Below are positions 12,651-26,760 of a stretch of 64,000 bases of DNA, one piece after another (the stretch's first letter is position 1; each line of letters begins with the position of its first letter). The translations under genes and the position numbers were made by a program. The DNA lies in contig CM075988.1 in NCBI GenBank assembly GCA_038087875.1, positions 14,386,001 to 14,450,000 on the forward strand, read 5' to 3'. The notes beneath the pieces are model-generated. The model ran no database searches. It was not told the origin of the DNA and worked only from the letters and a program-made list of their open reading frames with translations. Origin of the DNA: Malacoraja senta. Lineage: Eukaryota.

Positions 12651-14271
12651 ATGATATGGATTATGGTAGCCTAATATGCTCTCCCATATGTTATACTAAT
12701 TGGCAGACCTTGAAAATGAGTCAGCATAGCCACAATGGTTGAAAGATCTTCAACCTTAAACTTTAATTTTTTTTTCTAACCGATGGTGGCTGACCTGCTG
12801 AACGTTTCCAGAATTATCTGTTTTTTAATTTCACATTTCCAGAATCTCAGTGGCTTCAGCCCGCTGTGGTGCAGTTTCTGTCAGTAAGCGTATCATCAAA
12901 CTATTTTCAGTTTTTGTATTTCAGAGATCCAGCAGCTAGAGTTCGAAATCCCCAAAAATCCCCGCAGATGTTGGAAATTTGAAACAAAATTCAAGACACA
13001 ACAAGTCAGGCAGCATCTGGGGAAAGAGATGCAATCGATGTTTCAGGTCTTAACTCAACTGACAAAGGGCATGCCTGACGGAGGGTTGCAGATCCAAACC
13101 ATTAATTGTTTCTTTTTCCAAAGATGTTGCCTGACCTGCTGAGTTTTACCTGCATATTCTGCCTCTGTTGCAAAGTTACAAAGGCTACGGAATCTGAAAT
13201 AAAAACCGAAAATGTTGCAAACACCTTGCGAGTGGCCAAATTGCGTTTTTGTCTCAGTTTAAAAATGAAAAATCAAGAAATGGGTTAAAAAGGTCACACA
13301 ATAGTAGTTACTTGAGAATATGGGCACATCTTGACAAAGTAGCATTTGATATGTTAACTACCCTTTGAGAGTACACTGCATATATAAATCCATCAGTTTA
13401 GAAAATGAAGTTAGTCGGAGCTTAACCATGCACTGCAAAGTAGTACAACATCTTTTCATTATTAAAAGCAAGCAAAATACACTTGCCGTGGGCTCGAAAT
13501 ATGGATATTTTATATTAATGTGATTTAAATAGTGGGTAAGTGCTACAGCAGCTAAGAGACATGCCACATTATAATGTAAATAACACACTGTAAATGGGCT
13601 GAAAAAGGGTTTTACTTTGTATTCGTAAATGGTCTTTCTGAATTTGTCATGGAGAATGCTTTTGAAAAGTGATTTTGCGTGTAAATTAAATTGAATGAAG
13701 AATGTCCACAAGATTGCATTAGCAGACCTTTCATTTGGTACTGATTTCTCAGGAGTCTGTCTTGTAGCTGAAGACTTTTTAATTTAAATTGTACTCGCTG
13801 CTTGCATTTTTCATGAGCTTACAACATTTATATTAGTGGGTGCAAACTGGTGATTCAAAGTGTGCGTGACTGCCTCAGTGTTTGCTGATTTATCACTGCA
13901 ACAGTCACTGGCCCTGCATGACGATGCCTGGTGTCAGTAAAACAAAGCATAAACAACTAAGGTGGGGACCATGCTACCTGCATGGAAACATAAAGACAGT
14001 ATAGCACTCAATGTGAGGTACAAAGTATATACTGTAAACACAATATATTTGCTCCCCACTCCCTGAGATCAACAAACGTGGATTCCCTTCAGAGATCCAT
14101 TATTTCAGGCTGTTCTTGATCCATGGAATTTATATTTAACTATCTTGAGCTGACTTTGCACCGCTTTCCAGTCTCCTCACACACTGTTTCTGGATCCCCA
14201 GCATCACTTTCTGCATTTCCAGGACAGTTTGGGAGCTCTTGCTTCTTCCTGGAAGAAAACCTAGCACCTCC

Positions 14272-14403
14272 AGTCTGAAGAAGGATCACGACCCAAAACA
14301 TCACCCATTCCTTCTCTCCAGAGATGCTGCCTGCCCCGCTGAGTTACCCAGCATTTTGTGTCAATCTTCAGTTTAAACGATAATCTGCAGTTCCTTCCTA
14401 CAT
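14272..14403 (+). mobile_element. Single-arm pLTR mini-element
   Basis: gtctgaagaagga...cacccattccttctctccagagatgctgcctg...ctgcagttccttcctaca; acctcca on both flanks. Confidence 0.65.
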
Positions 14404-14599
14404 ACCTCCACTTCTTTACCTACTGAACTTGCTTTCATACTCAATAACTTCTCCATTAATTCCAGTTATTTCCTCCAAGTATAAAAATGCTGCGTTAGGA
14501 ATCTATTTTGCTTAAATACATAAGATTTTTCATTTCTCCTGCCTCATTGCCCTTTCTAGTTTGTTAGTGTCTATATTGGTGGGAGTTCCTGCTGTCACA

Positions 14600-15040
14600 A
14601 TGAATTAGAAAATGTCATTACCTTTGCTGCAAAGCTTCACCCTAATCTCACCTTCATGTGATCCATGTCCATTATTCCTTTCCTTCTGTGTGAGTGAGAC
14701 AAGCTCAGACCTGTTTTACTTATGGTTTTACTTTATTTACCTATGAATCCCAATCTCCATCTTACCGGCAGTATTCCAAAATTCCTTGACTACCCTCCTT
14801 TTCACCCTGCTTCCTACAAAGACTCCATCCCATTCTCCTTGTTTCTCTGGCTCTGTCACTCTATTCTGATGCCAATACCTTTCACATCCATATACTGAAT
14901 TTTGTTTTTGTTTTCCCTCCATCATAGTTGACGGAACCCCTAACTGCATCTGTTCCATTTCCTGTGTTGCTGCCCTCAACCCTATCTGCTCCCACCCAGA
15001 ACAAGTGGAGGGTTCCCTTGTATTAATCTCGCATACTCCC
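14600..15040 (+). mobile_element. Highly degenerate Penelope RT-thumb fragment
   Basis: Recognisable similarity to 57590-58010 (cttcaccct...accttc; caccctgcttcct..aaagactccatcccattctc; agggttcccttgt). Confidence 0.55.
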
Positions 15041-16227
15041 TTGATGCCATCTTGGGGTGGGATAGGGGGCACACCTATCTGAGCAGCTGCCTCAAAGCTC
15101 CAGAGATGCAGGAACAATCCCAAAGTCTGGTGCTACCTGTGTAGAGTTTGCACATTCTCCCAGTGGCTGAAAACTCTGGTTTCCTCCCACATCCTAAAAC
15201 ATTCAGGCTGGTCGGTAAATTGCCCAATGTCAAATGCTCCCTATCTCAGATAAGTGCTCTGCGTACATTGATAGCAGTATGCTTTAACACCTACGTCTGT
15301 GCTTCAAAATAAATTCTCATTTTTTCCCCCTGTAGATTAATATATCAAGAATACTAATTGTTCTAGAGTTAGAAGTCTAGTAACAGATTTTTTTTTATTT
15401 TCTGAACTACATAAATACTTCAGAGACAGCAATCTCCTCAGCGCTTCCACATAATAAATGCATAGTCCCAATTAAATGGGAACTGGTCTTTGGAATACTT
15501 TCAACAACAAAAAATATCCATGTTATTTTATAAGAATTTTTCGCATTTAGTTCTATATTTTTAATACACTTGTAATGCTTTTGTTGAATCATTGATGCAT
15601 GACATGTAGAACAAAGAAAACGTTAACCTTTAATCATTTTGCTCAAAAGTACATTGTACGCAGCACGCTGTGATTAGAATCAAATACCAGTAGCTCGTAT
15701 AAATAATTTATATTTTTTCAATGTGTGGGAGGATGAAGGACACGCTGGGCTCTCCTTACTAGAAGCTCAATTTCTTTAAGGATTTTCAGGAATCTGATGC
15801 TAAATCTGATCACCATCACATGAAAATTATTGTTGGGACAATCAATACAATCAATTTTATAATACTTCAACCAATTGTGATTAAAATAATGAGTCACAGC
15901 TGCTCTCTCAAGTTGAATGTCACCGATCTTTTTAAGACTGTCTTCGCTTCAGTACACTTAATCTCGCAATCAGAGCAAGGCGCAGAAAGGCCTCAGTGTA
16001 GTAATTGATTCAGGATTGTTGATCAGGAATTCATTGGAAAATGATGATGAACATCAGATACTGGGGAGATGACGAGGAGAGAGGATGAAGATTGGAAAGT
16101 CAACAAATGTAATGAAGGCTGAATGTGACCTCTTCTCAGTCCAACAAGACCATTATTTTGAGATTTATTAAATTCTTACACTACAGACATTTGAAGAACT
16201 AGGCTAAACCAGCCAAAAGAAATGGCT

Positions 16228-16690
16228 TAGTTTAGTTTAGTTTAGTTTAGAGATACAGCGCGGAAACAGGCACTTCAGCCCACCTAGTCCGCACTGAATT
16301 CTTCTTCTTCTTGCGTATGACGTGCACAGCATAAAGTAGGACAACTTGTTCTATTTGATCTTATTTGATTGTGCACGCCGGGTTGATTGCATTCGTTGAA
16401 ACAGGGTGGACCACGTGAAGGTTGCAATCTCCCACCCTAGTCCGCACTGACCAGCAATCCCAGCACATTAACACTATCCTCCACGCACTAGGAACAATTT
16501 ACACTTATACCAAAACAACTAACCTACAACCCTGTACGTCTTTGGAGTGTGGGAGGAAACCAAAGATCTCGGAGAAAACCCAGTCGATCACGGGGAGAAG
16601 TACAAACTCCATACAGACAGCACCCATAGTCGGAATCAAACCCGGGTCTTTGGCACTGCAAGCGCTGCAACTCTGCCGCTGCGCCATCGT
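16228..16690 (-). mobile_element. HE1/V-SINE-type SINE with (TAAAC)n tail, interrupted at 16298-16435
   Basis: ttagtttagtttag tail, V-domain and tRNA-like head. Confidence 0.78.
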
Positions 16691-19600
16691 GGCTTCATAT
16701 GAGATACAGGTCGGAAACATTTGAAAGCCAGCTTCAAACAGAATTGACATGGCAAACAACTCCTGTGTGGAAACGGTTAATGATTCCGATGCTACTAAAC
16801 AATGAAATGTAAGAACTAGAAGCAAGAATAGGTTATTCGGCCCTTTAAGACTTCTCCACCATCCAACATTTACTTCAATGCTACTTGCATGCACTGAACT
16901 TTTATTGCTTGATTCCATTAATAATTTAAAATCTCAGATTTTGTGTTGAATATAACTGCCACCATAACTGCCCTCTTGGTGAAAAATTCTGGAGCTTCAC
17001 TCCACCTTCAGTGAAGACATTCCTTCTCATCTCAGTCCTGAATGACTAACCCATTATCTTGAGACTGCAACTCCCATTTCTAGACAGCCCCGCCAAGTGT
17101 CACACCAACTTTGCATCTACCCTTTCCAAACTCATGGGAACTTTGCATGTGTCAATCTGTTTATCTCTCATTCCAAAATCTTGCATCAGAAGAAAGATCG
17201 CTGAACCAAAATATTAACTTCCTCCTCAGATACTGCCTGTCCTGCTGACCATTTCCAGAATTTCTTATTTTCATCTTACATTAGCATTTACACAGATCCT
17301 GTTTATTTATTTTCCTTGTACATGAAACAGACAATTCCATGAATCAATCTGATAATTCTTCGCTGCATCCTCTCTTCAATGAATTCATCCTGCCTGAGGT
17401 AGGGACACCTGACCTGTGCATAGTATTTCAGACGCATTCTCATGACGGCCCTATATAAGTGGAGTAAGATGTCTCTATCCCTGTAAACAAATCCCCCATT
17501 CAATAACAGTGAATGGACTTCCTAATTATTTGAAAGCTAATTCCAGAATCCAAGCATCCCTGCAAGTGAAAAGTGCTGCGTGTCTTTATTTGATCACATT
17601 CACTCCATTTCTTGCAGTACATTAAGTAAAAACAAGCAATTAACGCCAAAGTAAAAAAAATGTTCTCAATCCATCAGTTGGAATGCAGCCAATTAACAAA
17701 TGTCAAAAAAAGGCAGCCACTTATTGCATTGCAGCAGTAGTTTATAGGACAAGTTGGTGCAAAAATGGCAGCTCCCTGTCCCATTAGAAATTGACTTTTT
17801 TTTAAATCTTGCGTTTGAAAGAGATTCCATGTCTTCCTGTTGGGTGTAGAAATGTTATAATAAGTGGCCCTGTGTAATCAATTTCCAGCTGCTTGCTTTC
17901 CACACATAAACTCTCTCATCTCTGATGCACAGTTAAGAGGCACATTCAGACTGAGAAAAGACCATTGTATGCATGTTCAAAAATCCCACATGCCAGACAA
18001 CGATTACTACAGTGCTGTGGCTTGTTTGCTTTTCACTAGCTTTAAAGGGAGGTTCTTCAATGCATTCCTCTATCTAAACTGTCCTTTCTATTCCAATGTA
18101 GAGATCAATAATGATTATCTTTTTAAATAGGAAAGATTACCGCTTCGTCTTCCCGAGAGTCTGAAATTGAAGAGTGTTTTAAGTGGGATCAAATACTATT
18201 TTATTTGTTGCTTTGTGAATGGGCATCTGCAGAGAAAGGTCAATCTCACCCAATTTCACCAGCGCAATGACCAGGGACTTGGTGCATAACAAATAAATAT
18301 ATTTGGACACTGCACAGACTGGGATTTTGCAGAAAATATTCACATTTATTCCGGTGTCAGCGACTCTCGGATTTCCATGTGGGTATGCTTTTAAACGTGG
18401 AGAACCGAAGACTGGATTCCTCATGGAAGTCGGCAAGGAAGCAAGAAGTCTTGGAGACCCCTACAAAAAAGAGATTCAGGAGCTGGTGTGAAAATTGCTG
18501 CCCCATTAATCTTGATGGAAGCCAAAAGTTCCAAGACATAAGGCCAGGAACATCTCCCTATGCTTGTGCTGCTATTTGATGAGAACATGATCTTGACCTC
18601 AGCTTCACTTTCCTACCTGTACCCAAAGCCTTCGACTCATCACTGTCCACCTCAACCTTGTCTATAATCAACAACTCAACCTGCACAGCTTTGTGGGATA
18701 AAGGTTGAAAGATCCACAGTCCTCCATGAGAAGACATTTCCCCTCACCTCTTCTGTAACTGCTCAATCACTTATTCTACAACTTTGCTCAGTATGCTCCC
18801 GAGAAGGAGAAGAAAATGTCCTGATGTCTACTTTCCTCACCCTACATGTTTCAAAAGTATCTCTCGGTATTCTCATCTCCAATCAGAATAGGACCAACTG
18901 TGTAACCTTTGCTCAAAGGTCAACCCTTCATTCAGAATGAAACTAAGTGAACCTACTCTGAGGCCCCTTAAGTGTAGGTATCTTCCTCGTTAAATAAGGC
19001 GGAAGATACCCTATGCTCAAACAGTTGGTGAAGGCCCAGTCCATCATATACTTCATGCTGTCTTGAGAAAGCAGCTGACATTATCAAGGACCATCATTCC
19101 CTCTTTTCTCCTCCTCCATTGGGTGAAAGTTACAAAAGCTTGGCAGCATTTTCCACCAGATTCAGCAACAGCTTCTTGCCTGCTGTATTCAGGCTACTGA
19201 TCAATGCTGAACCCTAACGCTATAACACTGTGACACTATATTCTGCACTCTGGTATGTTTCTCTTTGCATTTGTATTTGTGTATGGCTAGATTGTACTCA
19301 TGTTCGATTTGGCCGGGTAGCACGCAAAGTTTTTCACTGGATTTCAGTACTCATGGTAATAATAAACCAATAGGTTTAAAAAATATATAGGAAGTTGGTT
19401 CACTGTAACCCCTCAGCAAGCAAAACCTATTACCTCAGATGTTTTTGTTTACAGCTACCTCCATGTGCTCTGAGGTAGACACGGAATATTCTTTGGAGAT
19501 TTGGAAGCATTAATAAGCACCATCCTGCAACACATCTCTTCCATCCCAAGAATCAATAACAAAGTAACGATTCATTCTGTTATAATTATGGCCGATATTC

Positions 19601-20746
19601 ATCTTGAAGAATGGTACACATGTTGTAAAAAATATATTGATGTATTGTTCTGCTACGCATGCAAGAAGTGTGAATGGAGGAAGCAATTGCTCTGTCATAT
19701 GGCAAGAATCCAGCAGAATATGAGTAGTACAAGGTTAATGACTTCCCAACAAGCAATGACTGCGTGTTAAGAATAAGCAGCAAATGTCATTGAGATTCAA
19801 TTCCAGTATTAAATGCACTGAAGAGCTGAATTGGATGGCCAAAGATATTGGAAGTATAAAAGAGTGCAATAAAGGTCTTGACGTCCAGAATAAATGTTAG
19901 AGATAAAGTTAATGGTCAGTGATTTTCAAACCAATACCGATTTAATATAGTTGCCTTCAACAAGAATTGGAGATTAATTAAGATATTAAGAGGCTAGTAA
20001 AATGTTGCTGAGGTAAAAGATAAACATAGATATTATTCAAAGACAGGTCAGTTATGGTGGCTAAAGAGCTTGCTCCTATTTCTTTTTCTAATGTTGTTAT
20101 GTGCTGTTTATGGAACTAGCTCTTACCTCACCAAGCAATGGTGCAGTTCTGCAAACACATCGTTGTGTCCTATTATTACAGTGACAATGCCCTATTACCA
20201 TTGTACCTATTAGCAGGGCATCTTGGTACGCTGTATCATAAGTGTGAAAAACAAAAAAGAAAAAAAGTCTTTTAATGACTTAAAGGTTACATCTATATAT
20301 TTATTGTAGTATTGTGTAAGGACAAAAGAGATGGAAACAGTAATGATTCCTACTATTCAAACCACATCCACTGATTCCAGTGAAAGCTCCAAACAATAGT
20401 TCAAAGGCTAAGTGAGCTCATTTATTCATTTTTCACCTATATTTAATAGATTATAGGTTGAAGTTTATCCTGGTGACCTGGGCTCACACACAGTGCTGAC
20501 AAAGACAATTTAGCAAATCCCTTGTGTCCACATGTTCCTTGGAAACATTAATCTGCAGCACCACGAATAAAACAGTGATGTTTTTTTTTAAATGGAGGAA
20601 TCGAAAGCCAGGAAACAGGTTAGGGTTACATTAAGGATGTGAGGAGCAGGAATTTCTTCACTTGCTGGGATAGTCTAATTCCTGAGTGCTGTAGAATCTG
20701 AATCATTGTATATCCAAGTTAGAGAGAGATAGATGTTTAAACTTCA

Positions 20747-21040
20747 GCGGCGGCACAGTGGCAAAGCTGTAGAGTTGCTGTCTTACAGCGCCAGAGACCC
20801 AGGTTCGATCCTGACTATGGCTGCTGGAGTTTGTACATTCTCCTTGTGACCATGTGGATTTTCTCCGGGTGCTCCGGTTTCCACCCACACTCCAAAGACA
20901 CACAGGTTTGTGGGTTGATTGGTTTCGGTAAAATTATAAGTGGGCTCTAGTGTGTAGGATCGTGTTAGTGTACGGGTTGATTGCTGTTCGGCGTGGACAT
21001 GTTGGGCTGAAGGGCCTGCTTCTGCGCTGTATCTCTAAAG
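20747..21040 (+). mobile_element. tRNA-derived HE1/V-SINE-type SINE, near full length
   Basis: A-box tggcaaagctg, B-box ggttcgatcc, central gtttgtacattctcc...ctccggtttcc, CR1-like tail gggctgaagggcctg...gctgtatctctaaa. Confidence 0.8.
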
Positions 21041-24000
21041 TCAAGAGAATCAAGGACTGGGGCCAGGACAGACCAACTGTGATCTAAAAATGGCTGAACA
21101 GGCTTGACGGGACTGGATGGTTGACTCATGCACTTAGTTCTATTCTGATAAGGCCCAATTCCAGTACATGCATCCCGAATGACGTGCTCTTTCTGTCCCT
21201 CCTAAACAATTCCACTGTAAAGGATCTGATTGTTATTATTTAGGTTGCATTGTGCACCACTGCATTCACAATGCAATTTTTCCTATCCCTAATTTCTGCA
21301 TTGTCACCTCAGCAACCTGCTGCCTGTGGGTTTTAGGAGCTGATGGGTTGGATTGGGGAGGGGTGTTGGAAATTTAAAGTGATGTCAATCGTGTTTTGTG
21401 GAGACTGACCTTTTACAAAGGAGTTCCCTCATTTTATCTTCTCTCCAATCCTTTTCGAATCTCCCGAATCAAAGTGAAACAATTGATATTCACAGCATGA
21501 TTGCCTTGGACCACATGCTCACGGTTCTGCTGCAAACTCCCTCTGCGCAAGTATGGAATCAGACTCCAAATTACTTTTGACAAGATAGTTGTGATATACT
21601 CGCTAACAGGAGCACAGGTCATTTATGGTGAAGATCTAAAACACAGGCCGGCTTGTTTGAGTCAATTTACCTCTAAAGTGCAGATAGCAAACTGTGAAAT
21701 ATTGCAACGTAAACCTAAGTACAACATACTCCTGCCATTTTTACACACAGGCAATTTAACCTTGGTGTCAGATCTAATTACTCATTGAAACTGGCTGTTA
21801 AGCAACATGGCAAAGAATTTAGTCTCAGGATGGGTGTCTCAGAGAGGAATATATGATGGTACAGAGACCGTACATCAGCCTTCCAAAGTATAAACATTAA
21901 TCCTAGGGATACAGAGCTTGCTAACTCCTAACTCAGTTCCAATGTTGCTCCAACACAACTCTGGGCTGAACCTGTCTGCAGAACTCCTATCATTTTCACA
22001 AGTTGCCAGAAAACTCCATGTTAAATCTGAGGTAATGGAAGAACGGCAGATTGAAGATAATGATTTGTCAGGTAAGTCAGTTATGTCAGGTAACTAAAGA
22101 ATAGAAAACAAAACTGCAATAGAGATGGTCGACAGCTTCAAATTCCAAGGCATCGATATCACCAACATTCTAATCTTGTCCCTTCACACTGATGCGGTGA
22201 TCAAGAAAGTGCATCAGTGTATTTACTTTCTTAGGCATCTGAGATTCGGCTTGTCCACTGGGACTCTCTCACACTTCACAGAGGCGCTACAGAATACATC
22301 TCAGCCTGTTACAGCAACAATCAAAGACCAGTCTCACCCCGGTCACTTTAGTAAGGACCAGTCTCACCCGGACACTCCCTCTTCCATCAGGCAAGAGGTA
22401 CAGAAGTTTGAAAATGCATACCTCCAGATTTCTTCCCAGCTGAATGGTCCTCTCATCAGCTAGAATGTGATCCTGACCTCCCATCTACCTCATTGTAGAC
22501 CTTTGAACTAATCGGACTTTATCTTGCACTAATCACTGTAGCTTCATCTGTGCACTGTGGACGGCTAGATTGTAATCATGTACAGTCTTTTCTCTGACTG
22601 GATAGCACGCGGAGAAAAGCTTTTCACTGTACCTCAGTACACGTGACAATAAACAACTAAACTAACACTAAACAAAAACTAAACTAAAACTAAATTAAAC
22701 TAAACTGCTCTGCTCTTGACCAGCTAAATCTGCTGAATGATAACACAGCCCAGCCCAATCTTGCCTCGTCTCTTCCTTCATGGTGCATTGCATCAGGGTG
22801 GTTGGAAGTATCGCTTAGGATGCCGAAATGGTACTTCTTGCCATTCCCTTTTCTCTCCTTTGTCTTCTGCGAGAGGATGCAGGAGCTTGGAAGCTCAAAC
22901 GTCCAAACCTAACAACAGGTTCTTCCGCACTACTATTTGACCCCCTGAACCAATCGCCTGCTCCAAACCACATTCTCGTGCTGCTGTCAGGTGCTCTTAA
23001 TCTGAATTTTACCCCATACAGTTATTCCAATATTGCACTTTAATTTTTTTTGCACTACCTGTATTTGCATTAGAATCTTGCATCATTTTTATTTATTGTG
23101 GATATAAAGAACTGTAGATGCTCGTTTACAAAAAATACCCCCACAAATTGCAGGAGTTCATCTGTACATGTTGACAACAATAAACAAATTTAAACCAACT
23201 CAGTGGGTCAGCAGCATCTCTGGATAATATGGATAGGTGACATTTAGGGTCGTGACCAGAAGGATCCCGCCCTGAAACATCACCTCGCCATGTTCTGCCA
23301 GAGGTGGTGCCTGTTCCGCTGAGTTAATTTAGTTTATTATTGTCACATGAACAGATAAAGTCCATTTAAAGAGAGTTCAAAGGTTCCCAATGAAGTGGTG
23401 GGAGGGCAGTACTGCACTCCAGCAGGTGAGAGGACGGTTCAGTTTCCTGATAACAGCCAGGAAGAAACCGTTCCTGAATCAGGTGGTGCGCATTCCCACC
23501 CTTCTGTACCTCTTGCCCAATGGGAGAGGGGAGAAGAGAGAGTGGCCAGGATGAGAGTTGTCCTTGATTAGGCTGGTGGCTTGCCGAGGCAGCATTAAAT
23601 GTGGATAGAATGCTATTTATTGTCATTCAAACCTAGGCTTGAACGAAATATCATTACTACAGGGTTTTCTTTACATTACAAAAAAAAAAGACTCACACTT
23701 AACACAGTTTACATAAACATCCATCACAGTGAGTCTCCAACACCTCCTCACTGTGATGGAAGGCAAAGTCTTATCTCTTCCCTTTATTCTTCACCCGCGG
23801 TCCAGCAGTCCAACTGCAGCGTCTAGGCGAACTGGGGCTCCGGTGTTAAAGCCCCCGGCGGACGATGGTAAGTCCTGTGGCCATTTAGCCACGCTGGGCA
23901 ATGCCAGGCCCAGGCCCCGGCTCCCTGTCCTTCAAACCCCGCGGTTCAAGCAGTCCAACCCGCAGTCCAACTGCAGCGTCTAGGCAAACTGAGGCAAACG

Positions 24001-24519
24001 ATGTTAGAGCCCCCGGCAGATGATGTTAAGTCCCGTGGCCACCAACCCGCACCGGGCGATGTTAGGCCTCGCTCTGTGTCCTCCAAACCTCGCGATTCCA
24101 GCGGGAGAAGTTGCCGTTGCGGGAGCTCCGAAAAGCCGTCTCCCACCAGGGACCTGGAGCTCCCGATGTTCCTGTCCACCAGGCCCGCAGCCGGAGGTTC
24201 CGAAACTCCAAAGTCGGGTCGCAGCCGAGCGCCAAAGTCGGCCAGCTCCGCGATGTCAGGTCCCAGGCTCCGCGACTGGAGCCCTCAGGTTAGTCCTGGC
24301 CGGAGGCCGCCTCCGGCTCCACAATGTTAGGCCCAACGACATCGGAGATCCGACAGGGAAAAAGTCGGGTCCCCGTACAGGGAAGAGATTAACGGTTTCC
24401 CCAACATCCCCCCCTCCACCCCCCACATATACACAGCTAAAAAATAATAAAAAACTAAGCTCAAGACATACATTTAACAAGACAAAAATTTAAAAAAATT
24501 AAAAATAAAATTAAAAAAA

Positions 24520-26760
24520 ATAGAGTCAATGGTGGAAGTTTGGTTTGCGTGATGGTCTGGCCTACATTCACAACTCTGTAATTTCTTGTGGTATTGGCTG
24601 GGACTGTCCCAAACCATGCTGTGATGCATCCTTATGGTGTGCCATAGTTTCAATCTGTCTGGTCCAGGACAGATTTGTGATGATATTTACTCCTAAGGTT
24701 ACGAGGTTCTCAATCTCTTTTCTGTACGCTATCTCATTATTATTTCATATTTGCAGCCCAATTTGGTGGTGTCAGCGGTGAACTTGCAAATTGTGTTGGA
24801 CTGGTATTTGTTTTGGACTGGTATTTGGCTGCACAGTTAAGAGTGTATAAGGAGTATAGTAGGGGGCTGAGAATGCATCCTTGTGGGGCATCAGTGTTGA
24901 GCATTATCGTGGAGGATGATTTGTCACCTACCCTCACTGATTGTGGTCTGATGGTCAGGAAGTCAAGGGCCTGTCCCACTTAGGCGACTTTTCAGCGGAC
25001 TGCTGGCGACTGTCAGTTCGCGGCACCCGCCTGAAAAATCGGGAACTGGAACGGCGACTGTCAGAGTGGAACACACACACATACACACACACACACACAG
25101 ACACATCGCAAAGGCGGGGGCCAGGGTAAGCGGGGGGAGCGCTGTCTGAAATTCACACGGTGCAAAGCCAAGGTGATACAGACACACACCGCGATGAACA
25201 GGAAGGTTAAGACGGCTAGCACAGTGTACGGTAAGTCCTTTAAAAGAGGGGGGAGAGGGGGGAAGAAAGGGGGGAGAAAGGGGGGAGAAGTGGGGGGAGG
25301 AGAAGGAGTGAAGAAACTTTTAAGAAGCCAGACAACTTTTAATAAGCCAGAGATACACTGCTGTGAAGTTTGCCGGGCATTTAACATTACCGGTCGGTTA
25401 CCCTTGGTTCTGAAAACTCGCTCTTAAGTTTTTTTTCCCAAATGAGCCAATGAAAATGTCCGGTCAGCAAAGGCGATTAACTAAATCTACATACGACTAC
25501 CTTGATTACCAATAACTACATGGCGACCCCACTACAACTGCACCTACGACTACAGGATTATCGATTTTCTCCATGGCGACCAATTCTTGGTCGCAGAAAA
25601 ATTTTCAACATGTTGAAAAATTTGAGGCGACCATACTGAGGCCACGACCAGTTCCCAGAATGCGGGAACTCCTCGCGACCATGAAGGAGACTCACCAGAG
25701 ACCACCAGCAAACATGTGGCGATCATGTGGCGAACGCAGTGTCTCCTGCACTCACCTAAAAAGTCACCTAAGTGGGACAGGCCCTTCAAGGATCCAGTTG
25801 CAGAGGGGAGTGCTGACTCCAAGTTCCACGATGAGCTTGGTTGGGATAATGGGATAAGGGGATTAGGAGCGCTGTAGTTTATGAATAGTAGTCGGCCGTA
25901 GGTGTCCTTCTTTTCCAGGTGTTCCAGGGATGAGTGTAGTACCAGGGACATGGCATCAGTCGTGGACCTGTTGTGGCGATTTGCAAACTACAGTGGATAC
26001 GATACGATAAATCTTTATTTATCCCAGGAGGGAAATTGATCTTCGAACAGTCATAAAACACAAAATACATGAAACATGAAATTACAGTGATGAGTGGAAA
26101 AGACTGAGGATGTGCAAAGATTGGGGAGGGGGAGGGGGGAGGGGGGGAGGGGGGGAGGGGAGTCAGTCTACCCCACGACAGAAGGGGGAGGAGTCTTACA
26201 GTTTGAAGGTTGCACAGATCAAGATAACTTCTTGGTACGCTGGATTTATTGTATGCCATAAACCAGCCTCTTGAAACACTTCATGATGGTGGATGTCAGG
26301 GCCACTGGACATTAAGGCATAGGATCTTGCTTTACTTTGGCACCAAGATGATAGTGGTCTTCATTAAGCAGGTGAGTACCTCAGAACGGAGCAGGGAGAG
26401 ATTTAAGAAGTCTGTGAACACTCCCGCCAGTTGGTCTGTGCAGTTCGTAAGGACGTGGCAAAGGACTCCATCTGTGCCAGTTGCTTTCCATGGATTCAGC
26501 CTCAGGAAGGCCAATCTTACTTCTGCAATAGTGGCCCTGCGAAAAGGTACACTCGAGTCTGACTGGACAGCTGTCATCTGCTCAAAGTGTTCATCAGGGA
26601 GGGCACTATCACCAGCGATGCTGCCTGACTTAATTTTGCAAGCATTGAGGCCTTGCAACAGTCAGCGGGTGTCTGAGTGATTATACTGGGACTCACGTTT
26701 GACCAGGTATTGCCTCTTGGCATTCCTGATGGCATTGTGAAGATAGTCAAACTTTCGTGT
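24520..26760 (-). mobile_element. Rex1/Babar-like LINE RT fragments, interrupted by a Harbinger-like MITE and another LINE tail
   Basis: KATGTDGV...CTDQLAGVFTDFLNLSL; LEHLEKKDTYGRLLFINYSA; WILDFLTIRPQSVR (restored across the MITE); APQGCILSPLLYSLYT. Confidence 0.75.
24966..25785. mobile_element. Non-autonomous PIF/Harbinger-like DNA transposon (820 bp)
   Basis: TIRs agggcctgtcccacttaggcgactttt and aaaagtcacctaagtgggacaggccct; 3-bp TSD TCA at 24963-24965 and 25786-25788; removing it restores the host LINE frame. Confidence 0.88.

Noticed and set aside
20747..20820. tRNA gene (also heads at about 10217, 43742, 59678, 61060-61128)
   Set aside because: A/B boxes belong to tRNA-derived SINE heads that continue into SINE body sequence; no complete cloverleaf.
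23600..24500. Cluster of GC-rich 75-157 aa ORFs (similar sequence at 31190-31560 and 36930-37130)
   Set aside because: Overlapping low-complexity ORFs in a repeated GC-rich retroelement 3' region (shared acatcc..cacagtgag..cacctcctcactgtgatggaaggcaaa block); no protein motif.
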